From the NCBI GenBank assembly GCA_964016885.1, contig OZ024751.1, positions 40,424,001-40,488,000 on the forward strand: DNA of 64,000 bases, given 5' to 3'. Of the stretch, positions 54,101 to 64,000 are shown piece by piece. A program made the position numbers and the translations under genes. Under the pieces are notes generated by a model. That model worked only from the letters and a program-made list of their open reading frames with translations, was not told where the DNA came from and searched no databases. The DNA comes from Eledone cirrhosa (Eukaryota). The stretch's first letter is position 1; each line of letters begins with the position of its first letter.

Positions 54101-57100
54101 TGTCTTTCCCCCAAAAAATGTACATACAAGGGTGGTGCCCCAGCATGGCCTCAGCTGGATGGCTGGGGACAGGCAAAAGAGTATAGAACAGTCTAAACAG
54201 AACACCAACAGAAACGATCTCTGAGAGGCTGTGAAGTCAATGGGCACTGTCCCTTCATCCAGAATTACCATGTATGATTTCTCAAATCATCCAAACAGCA
54301 ATAATACAGCAAGGGTGGAGCTGGAGTGAGTCCAATAATAAGCAAACCAGCAGGTGACTCATAGTTTTGGATTGTTCCACATCCACAGACAGGGTGAAAT
54401 TGGGGGGGGGGGGGTCTGTATTCACAGGATGGTGGGGTGGGAGACTCTAGTCACTTTGGTGTCTCTGGTTACCAAATCCACTGCAGTCTATTTGACACTA
54501 TTTCCACTTGTTCCATGTGTGTCATGTGTACGCTGAGGCCCCTATTTCTGATACATTTCTCTGGTGGTTCCAATTACAAATCTGACATTGGTGGAATATT
54601 TGGCCAGGCTTTACTTCCTTAACTCTTTGAGAGATATTGCATTCCATTTTCGAATAATTTTGAAAATAATAATTTGGAAGGATTTAGTAATATAACTTAC
54701 TCATTATTAAGCTTGTATTTAGAACATAACTTAAAAGTTCTTAAAGTTATGGTAATGAAAAGGTTAAAATGTTAATATTTATCTAAAAACCTTCCATCAT
54801 ATTTCTAATGAAAGACCCTGCTTATGATTTTCAAATCATTTTGAAGATAATTTAATAATTCTCATTTAGCTTTTGTAGTTGGTGTATGTTAACATTTCTT
54901 CCATAAAATTATGATGGAAGGTTTTCAGATAAATATAAACAATTTAAAACAAATGGCTTTATATCGTATAACAAAGAATGGTTTCAGGTTGTTCTGTGGA
55001 GTTAAGAGTTGAAAAGTTCATTTTTTAATATTTATTTTTGTTTATCTTTTTTTTTTATTAAGAATCTTGAACTTTGGTTTACGAAGGCAATATATTTTCT
55101 ATTTTGATGTAAAGCTGTGTTTGTTTAGATTAACTTTTAACAGTTGACTATTTACATCTCCAAGACATCTGAGACCAATTATTGAGATAGTTTAAATTCT
55201 CTGAACTCTCATTCACCTCATTTTAATTCAGTTCTCAAACAGTAACCAAGTTAACCCTTTCCCTACCATATTGCTAATGAAAGTTGTGAATGATATCCAG
55301 ATGATTTTTAAAATAACCAAGACTTTTTTTTAAATCGTTTAGTTTATTTGAAACCTAATAAAAGAGGAATGTTTCTAGATAAATATTAACACTTTAGTCA
55401 TTCAGTTTTCAAATTTCTAATGAAAACACTGCTTATGTGTTTCAATTAATTTTGAAAAAAATTTTCTTGGGATAAAGATGTTTGGAATATAATTTAACAA
55501 ACTTCTTACATAAAATTATGATGGAAGGTTTATAGATAAAAATACCTTAAATGGAATAGGTTTGTATCATACTGGGGGTAGTTTCAGGCAGTTTATCAAA
55601 TATTATCATCATTTTATGGGGATATGTTGTCACAATCCAAGACATAAGTCAGAAAACCATGTCGTATGTTAATTTTTGACATGGCTTCTACAGCTGGATG
55701 CCTTTGATGGCATTTAGCTGTTTTTAAAGGCTGTTCTAGTGATGAGTTTCTCATTGTTATATGTATGTTTCATGTTTTTAACACAAATAAAAGGTCCTCT
55801 CAACCCTCTGTTTGGCAAACTTTCTATTCATATAAACAGTTTGGCTTATGTTTTGCATTACCAGTTTTGTGGTCGTAAATAAGACTCTTTCAGATGCAAT
55901 AAAGCAAATCTCATTTGCACTCAAACTTATTTTGACATTCTTAACTGTTTTATACTTAAGAGTGTTTATAAAGAGACTTGAGACTATATATCTATGACAA
56001 CTATTTTGATTTAATTTTTAATACCTTTTATCACATGTAACGGCATTCTTTAAAAAAAATACAAAACAACTATAACATTAAGAATAAATAAATAAAACGC
56101 TAGCCTTTACCTAATAAGCAATTTTTTTACAATGATTTGTCCACTAATAAACAGTGACATTCCGTTATAAAATTCACTGGGTAAAAAAGATTTGTAATGA
56201 AAAATTCTTTGAGATCGACCGAAACAAATCGTTTGTTTGTTACAGCTCGGAGATTTAAAAAAAAATTTCGTTATACTGAAAAATTCGTTATATTAGAATT
56301 TTACCTGTATAAACATTAACAAACCTGTTTTTAGAAATGTTCTGCTAAATTATTACTGAATGTTAAAGAGTTAAACTATTCATTCATGGCTAACTACAAT
56401 CCTATATATGCAGTGTCTAAGTTCACCCCAGTGCAGTTATTGTATATGTTTACACTTCACATAACATTATATTGGAATATTATAGTTAGACTAAAGAGTG
56501 GGTGGAGTTACTTTCTCTTTAGACATGAAATATACCTTTAATGTCACCCATCTTTGCTATATTTATTACAGGCTTGTTACATTCTTAGTTCAATTTTACT
56601 TTTTATCTGCAATAAAATGTCAGTCAGGTACTAGGCTTGATTTAATCATTTTCCCCACCACCCTGATTGCTGGCCTTGTACCTAAATTAGAAACTGGTGT
56701 TAACTGACAGGATCAGTCGAGCATCAAACAAAATATTTTGTGGTATTTATATATAGCTCTTTGTGGTCTGAGTTAAAATCCTGTCGAGGTAAACTTAACC
56801 TTCCATCATTTCAAGGTGGATATTATAAAGTACCAGTTAAATACTGAGGTCAGTATAGCTGACTTTTTTTACCACCAAATTGCTGGCCTTGTCTAGATTA
56901 GGAACCACTGATCTACAGTAATTAAAATTAGATAATTGTTTCTAAAGTGGTTTCCGTGGAACACGGTAGATATCAAAATCTCATAGATCCGATATTGACA
57001 TAATTGAGATAAAGACTTTACCACAAAAATACAATAGTATATATAGAATTGTTTCTACTTTGGGCACAAGGCCAGCAATTACCCAGTGCGTAAATGTTAA

Positions 57101-58314
57101 AGGGTTAATCTTGTTTGGGACTATATTTACTAGGGCTTGGAAGAGTGGGGGAGGGGGGGGGCAAGATGGCAATTCAAAATAGAGGAGGAATTGAGGAAAG
57201 CAAGAAGTGGAAGGAATGTGAGTCTGGGAGAACCACTGATCTATCATTTTATATATTATTTTTACATATAGGAGTGACTTAAACTTGTCAGTTTATCAAT
57301 TCAATGGATATCTTTATGTATGGTCTTGTCAAAAACCAGAAGAATGACTATTCATATCCCTGCCACCCACCTACACCACCGCCACCACCTCTCTGCCACC
57401 CACACCACCATACCCACCACCACCACCACCTCTCTGCCACCCACACCACCTTATAACTCATCCCATATCAAATTTCTGCTACCACCTAAGGATAATACTG
57501 CAAAGTCTTATTTTGCTTTCTTAACAAACGCTGGACAGATGAAATCTTTTCTTACCTTATATGGGAATATCTGTCAGGGGTGAGACTGAGGGTGGGTAAA
57601 ATAAATAAATACAGCTAAGCTACAGCAGGCAGACTTTGTTGGCTCTAGGTTTCTTTTTAAATTCTTTTTTTTTTTTTCTGCTTTCCCTGCTCTTTCTTTC
57701 TCTCTCATTCTCTCTCATTCTTTCCCACACCCTCTCTCTGATTATTTCCCACCCCCTGTCTATTTCCCTCTCTGTCTCTGTCTGTCTGTCTGTCTCTCTC
57801 TCTCTGGTCTGTCTGTCTCTCTCTCTCTGGTCTCTGTCTCTCTCTCTTTGATGTCTCTGTTTCTCTCTCTCTTTCCCACCTCTCTCTCTGTCTGTCTCTA
57901 GTTCTTTCATGATTTCCTGCTATAATTAGCCCAGCCTGTTTCTGACAAACTGTTGACTTTTGTCACTACTACTACTACCACCACACCCAACTCTACTACT
58001 ACTACCATCTGTACCATCACACACAATCACCACCATCACTATCATAGCTACCACTATTATCACCACTATCGGTGCCCTACCCCATCCATACCACCATTAC
58101 CACCCTAACCTCTATTACCACCCCCACATCCACCACTACTGTCAGTCAGTCTGTCTGCCTGGCCTTTGGGATATTTGTTGTGTGTGGGAAGAAATAGTTG
58201 AATGTGAAATAGAATGCTACGAAAAACACCTTTTTTATGGTCTTTGGCCTTTTTTTTTCTTTTATTTCTTGTGGAAATAAAATAAGAAAACTAATATCTC
58301 TGAAAATCTTTTCT

Positions 58315-58351
<37 letters not shown>

Positions 58352-60579
58352 CTCTACATATTTTCCTTCTACTAAATCTTAATCATAGTGTCAAAGGTAC
58401 ACCAGTAAAATATAGGTATTTATTTTATTATAATATACTTCAGTAATTCTGCTCTGATTTATTTAGTATAATACTTTAGTATGTCCTTAGATGAGCTGTC
58501 TTCTCTGTATCAAGAAGTGGCTTCAGTATCTTCTTATCCTCCTTGTCCCCATTTCTCTTTCTATGTGAAATCCCTGCCAAATCTTATTTGTCTTTGTAAT
58601 GTCTCCTTATAATGTCCCCTTCAATTGATGTCTGTGGTTTTCATCTCTTAATCTTTTCCAGGGTCGATAAAATAAAGTACCAGTCGAGTACTGGTTGACT
58701 TTAATCACCTTTACCCTTCCTCCAAAACTGCTGGCTTTTTGCCTAAATTATAATTATTATTCAGTGGATGAGTGGAATCATTAAACATGAGACAAAATGC
58801 TGAGCTGTATTTAGTTACTTCTCTTTGCTTTTCGCCTCCAGGAATCAATAACATATCAGATAAAGTACCAGTCAAGTACTGGGGTTCATATAATCAACTT
58901 TACCTTCCCCATCCCTCTGCCAATTCTCTTGACTTATGCCCAAATTAGCAACAATTGTCTGTCATGTCCTTATTTTTACACAAATGTTTAAAATGTCTTT
59001 GTATAACATCAATCCCTGCCCTACCTCAGTTTTCTAATACTTTGTCTTGTTTATCCCCAAGCCCTCTCCCTAATTATATGAAAGATGATGTATGTTACTG
59101 CCCCTTCATTGCTAAATAAAGGAAAACATTTTCTTTTTTTTTTTTAATAAACCCATTTAATACAATTACGTAGATTGAAATATATGTAGTTCATAAGATT
59201 GTTCCTAAAATATTGCTTATGCTAAGGTATTGTTGTATTGTATTGTATTCAAATTTCATGTGTAAGCAATTTATTTTATAAAAAATATGGCAAGGAGTGA
59301 AAAGATAATGTGATGTTTAGTTAAAACATAGCACATTTTTTTTGTTTATCCTTGAACTGTTAAAATATTAACTACAAACTAATGCTACTATTACTATTGA
59401 AACAAATCCATGGCCTTAGTTTACTTAATTTTATATTAATTTAATCACATAGGTTAATCAGTGAAATTGTCAAGATTTTGTTTCTTTTTTTTTTTTCTTT
59501 GAATGAGTCAGACCATCTAGTGAGAATAAACAATAGTTGAACACATTAAATATGTGAAGGACTCAATAGCTAAGAATAATACTTTTATTATTGGTTGGGG
59601 GTGGGTGCATGGGAAATGTTTTGTGGTATTTGTTACAACTTTTTACATTCTGTGTTCGGACGTACTTTACCTTTCATCTTTGGGGGGGAGGGGGGCAGTT
59701 AAAATAAAATATCAATAAAGTACTAGGAAGAATTTGACTTTCCCCTCCCAAAAATTATTGGCCTTGTTTAAATATAAATATAAATTATTTCATTATTATT
59801 ATTATTGCTTAGTCAGAGCTAGTGGCAGTCTCCCCTCTCCATGCCGCCGATGTTGTCCAAGAGAAAGGCAATGGCCGATACAGCTTGGCACCAGTGATGT
59901 AACTTATTTCTACAGCTGAATAAATTGAAGCAATATGAAATAAGATGTTCTTTCTCAAGGACACAATCCATCACCCAGTCCGAGAATCAAACTCGCATCT
60001 CTAATTGCAAGCCCAATGTTCTAACCACTAAGTCATGTGCCTTCACTGTTGTACCCAATAATGGTCCAATAATTGAAGAATTCCAAACACAAAAATACTT
60101 ATTTCTCTTCAATGTATAGAATTTCAAAACATGTCTTATTCTAAAGTTGTGCATTTAGTACAGAAATTTCCCAAAGCTGGGTATATGTTTAGTTTTAGTA
60201 AAATTGTAAGCTCAGTCTGTTTCTTCAGCATAGAATGCTGTGTATTTTGGGAATCCAGACAATGAGGCAGAATTAGTGGAGAAAGAGGTAGAAATTATCC
60301 TATGTATTTGTATACTCCATGAAAATAGTGATAGATATGTGTTAGTGTCTTGTTTTGCCTTATAAAGTTTCATAAATAAATGGAAGGTTTGTAGATAAAT
60401 ATGAACACCATTAAAAACAGTTTTGTATTGTAAAATCAGGGCTGGTTTCAGGCAGTTTGCTATCAAATGGATTAAGTTATTCAGGGCTGAATTGTGGGAC
60501 TGTTTGATTTATATTTTTAAAATGAATTCCCTGTTTAAATTTAAACTTAAATCCAAATATTTTTCTTTATATTTTTCAG

Positions 60580-60831
60580 ACAGTGGTGATATTGTTGATC
60601 AGAAATTGAAACTGATTTTGGGTTTAATATGGACCCTCATTCTTCATTATTCCATCTCGATGCCTATGTGGGAAGGGGAAGAACCAGCACCAGGTGCTGG
60701 TGGTCCCACTCCCAAACAAAGGCTTCTTAACTGGATCCAAGGCAAATGTGCTGATTTGCCAATTAATAACTTCACCACAGATTGGAATGATGGTCGAGCA
60801 ATTGGTGCTTTGGTTGATGCTTGCGGACCAG
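60580..60831 (+). CDS. FLNA: Filamin coding exon 2 (end of CH1, start of CH2)
   Basis: tttttcag|AC; [29 protein letters not shown]...[11 protein letters not shown]...[17 protein letters not shown]; donor G|gtaaac; 252 nt. Confidence 0.97.
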
Positions 60832-61559
60832 GTAAACTGACACCTTTTCATTTTTGTTTTTATTTTCATGTAGTTTTTTCTTCCCCTTTTTGGGGGGTTT
60901 TCTATAAAAAAATGAATGTTCAGTTAAGAAAATAGTTTAAATGTTAACATGTAAACTCAAGCAAAATATTTAGAAAAACCTGGAAGACATGGGCCAGATT
61001 CATGGTATGGCTTGTGACCATGTTAGCGGGTGATCTCTCATTTGATGCTCCATAAGCTGACTAACTAGGTTTGTGCATTGCTGGTAATAGTCTCAAGCCA
61101 GAAAATGTAAGCCTCCAGATCTAATAATAGGTCCAGACCATATGTAAGTCTAGATCTGATAATAGGCTCAGGCTAGATGTAACATTTAGGCACCAACTCT
61201 TCTAATAGGCACAGCCAAGATGTAAAATGGTTTATATATGGATTATAGATATAATGCTTCTACATATAGTGTACATAATGTACTTACAAGAAACAGTACA
61301 GAATAAAGACCAAGAATTTGAAACATGGAGACCTTTTTTTAAATCATAGGCCCATGCCTAACTAACCCCTCCCCCCTCTCCTTTAAGGCTTTTGAAACAA
61401 CCTGAACATCACCAAATTTCATCTTTTCCCCCAATCTCTGAAGTAAAAAGCAAATTGTAAGGAACTTTAGCATTTTTTAAATACAATGATAAATCTAATA
61501 AACAACTGTTTCTCGTTCATTAAGAACCATTTAATTAATTTTCCTGTTTCTTTAATTAG

Positions 61560-61657
61560 GTCTGTGTCCCGACTGGGCTGACTGGGCTCCTAAGAACAAA
61601 CTGAAAAATGCTAAGGAAGCAATGGAGGCTGCAGAGAAATGGTTAGATGTACCACAA
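61560..61657 (+). CDS. FLNA: Filamin coding exon 3 (CH2)
   Basis: tttaattag|GT; GLCPDWADWAPKNKLKNAKEAMEAAEKWLDVPQ; donor CAA|gtaagt; 98 nt. Not in the ORF track. Confidence 0.95.
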
Positions 61658-61881
61658 GTAAGTTTCTCTCCTTGTCTCTTTCTCAATATATATATAGTCC
61701 AATTTCTTTAATTTTTGTAAGATAAGATAAATTTAAAATTTAAAAAATTTTTGATATTTCCATTATGTAAATCTTTTTTAATTAATTTTTTAAATGAAAA
61801 TGTTTTTTTTGTTTTTTTTTATTTGTCTCCATCAAATAAAACCAGATATTTCTAATGTCTTTCCTCTTTCTTCCATTATAG

Positions 61882-62148
61882 TTAATCAAACCAGCAGAAA
61901 TGAACAACCCGAAGATTGACGAAATGAGTATGATGACGTATCTTTCACAGTTCCCCAACTGCAAACTGAACCCCCAAGCTCCACTCCGACCTCGTCTTAA
62001 CCCCAATCGAGTGCGTGCCTATGGACCTGGTATCGAACCTACTGGTAACACGAAAGGGGCCAAGACATCGTTCACCGTGGAGACTTTTAGTGCTGGACAA
62101 GGTCAACTTGAACCTCTCGTCCTTAACCCTAAAGGTCAGAAGGAACCA
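61882..62148 (+). CDS. FLNA: Filamin coding exon 4 (end of CH2, start of Ig repeat 1)
   Basis: ttccattatag|TTA; LIKPAEMNNPKIDEMSMMTYLSQFP...PNRVRAYGPGIEPTGN...FTVETFSAGQG...PKGQKEP; donor CCA|gtaagt; 267 nt. Confidence 0.96.
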
Positions 62149-62505
62149 GTAAGTAATTCATTATATTTTCTTTTCAGTAGGGCGTGAGGCGGGGGGCTAT
62201 ATTTAGTTTCAATACATCATACTATCATTGTTCAAGGATAACTTGAACCTAGGAGCAAAAAAAAAAACCTGGTGAATAAATCCTTATATTCTGGTGATAT
62301 AAGGTAAATATTTAGTTTCAATATGTTACTATCATTGTTCAAGGGACACTTGAACTTCTCATCCTTGATCCCTAGGATCAGAAAAAGCTAGTGAGCAGTT
62401 CTTTATATTTTGGTAAGGTGGGGTTCATATTTAGTTTAAAACTATGTTGCTATCATTGTTCAAGGAACACCAAACCCCTCATTCTTAACCCCAAGGGTCA
62501 GACAT
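62095..62505 (+). repeat. Degenerate tandem duplication (~110-135 bp) of the exon 4 3' end and donor into the intron
   Basis: caagg..acttgaac..ctc.tcctt..ccc.a..gtcaga recurs at ~62098, 62233, 62340 and 62461. Confidence 0.8.
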
Positions 62506-62689
62506 ATGATTGAGAATGATTTTAATAAGAAATAAGCAAAAGTAAACGTTAATCCCATGAAAATTCCTAAAAGAAAAACATTTTTTTTTAGTTGCAAGAT
62601 ATTTGTATGTTTTGGGGGGGGGGGGTTTCCCCTCTATTTTTGATTCATGTGATTAAATATATTTTTTTTATTTTTATTTTTTTTTTTAG

Positions 62690-62927
62690 TGTGAGGTTAC
62701 CTTCAACCAAGATAAGTACCTCACCTACACCTGTACATATACCCCTAAAGTTGAAGGGAACTACAAGGTAATCATTAAATACTCTGGCAAGGAAATTCCT
62801 AAGAGTCCGTTTCCGGTTGCAGTTTCTGCTCCTGCTGGAGATCCCTCAAAGGTCAAGGCAGCTGGTCCTGGTCTTGAACCAGGAAATGTGGTCACTGTTA
62901 TGACTCACTTTACCATTTCTTTGAAAG
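62690..62927 (+). CDS. FLNA: Filamin coding exon 5 (Ig repeats 1-2)
   Basis: tttttttag|TGT; CEVTFNQDKYLTYTCTYTPKVEGNYKVIIKYSGKEIPKSPFPV...GDPSKVKAAGPGLEPG...FTISLK; donor G|gtaaat; 238 nt. Not in the ORF track. Confidence 0.95.
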
Positions 62928-63303
62928 GTAAATATTCTCCAAACATTATTTATTGTCTTCACATTTTCTTGAAATATTTTACAAGTGATGAATTGGTTAT
63001 TGAGGGGAGGGGGAGGCGATTATTGGTGGCGGTGGGTATTAATTATTGGGGGTGGTGAGGGAGGATGATTGATTATTGGTTATTGGGGTTGATTGATGGT
63101 GGTGCAAGGGGATTGATTATTATTTATTGTAGATGCTTGACTAATGACAAGATATTTTAAAAAAAATAAATAAAAACTTAGATTCTCTTGATACCCTATC
63201 ACTATCTTATAAATAATTTCTAACTGATTATAGTATATTAGTAACTTATTATTGTTTAATAACTGATTATTAACTATTATTCATTAATTGTTGTCTTTGC
63301 CAG

Positions 63304-63504
63304 ATGCTGGAGAAGGTCCAGTTGATGTTGTCATCACAGATCCTTCTGGAAATCAAAATGCTATCAAGCCCAAGATAACGCGTCAGCCCGATGGTACCTA
63401 TCGCGTAGAATATACACCTAAAGTAGCTGGAGTCCATTCAGTTAGTATTGTCTTTTGTGGGCAACCAATTCCACGGTCCCCCGTTTCGGTTACTATTACT
63501 ACTG
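63304..63504 (+). CDS. FLNA: Filamin coding exon 6 (Ig repeat 2)
   Basis: tctttgccag|AT; DAGEGPVDVVITDPSG...DGTYRVEYTPKVAGVHSVSIVFCGQPIPRSPVSV; donor G|gtaagt; 201 nt. Confidence 0.96.
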
Positions 63505-63864
63505 GTAAGTCATATTTCTTTTATCAACAACACGAACAAGAATATATTCCACCATTATCATTTAACATTTTGGCATAGTTTCTATGACTGGATATCTATC
63601 TTAATGTCAATCAATCTACAAAGTGTACTTGGTGTGTTTTATTATGGCACCGACACTAGAGATATTGTGTCTGTGACATGACTGAACAGCTCTCTCAACT
63701 CTTTTTTGGCATAGTTTCTATGACTAGATGTCTTTCTCAACACCAACCATGTCACTATATATATAGTAACATATATATATCTCTATATATATATATCTCC
63801 TAACTCTCTAACACATACACACATACGTGTATGTCACTATAACTAATTATATACACACACACAC

Positions 63865-63906
<42 letters not shown>

Positions 63907-64000
63907 GCTAGACTTGTATCATAACTTGGACAACCCGTCTAACCCATGCAAACATGAAAAAATCAACGTTAAACAATGATGATGATATAATGTAAATAAT

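Larger units (their letters stand above)
32677..63504 (+). other. FLNA: Filamin (filamin-A-like) gene, 5' part; continues beyond the window; upstream non-coding exon not located
   Basis: Six GT-AG-bounded exons splice in frame (donor phases 1,1,0,0,1,1) into CH1-CH2 plus Ig-repeat 1-2 sequence. Symbol given by similarity to vertebrate filamins; paralog-level orthology is not resolved. Confidence 0.96.

Overview
Eukaryotic, AT-rich, microsatellite-saturated genomic DNA. The SINE/RTE/Tx1 repeat repertoire points to an octopod cephalopod (inference). The only supportable host gene is the 5' part of a filamin on the + strand: six coding exons (32879-63504) encoding CH1, CH2 and the first two Ig-like filamin repeats, with a 27.3 kb first coding intron and a missing upstream non-coding exon. 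Almost all other ORFs in the track are microsatellite artefacts. The rest is simple repeats, minisatellites (several born inside transposon remnants), two tRNA-derived SINE families, RTE/Tx1/CR1-type LINE fragments, and piggyBac, mariner and hAT MITEs. The most notable signal is a dense set of type I hammerhead ribozyme motifs from at least 7 distinct sequence families. They sit in small non-coding elements, mostly inserted in (TA)n. Three families share one architecture: an inverted 5' copy with a fixed breakpoint plus a ~90-100 nt 3' tail, resembling Penelope-like/retrozyme minimal elements. One copy forms a perfect 324-bp palindrome inside the filamin intron. All structures were read by eye; no folding, alignment or database search was run.
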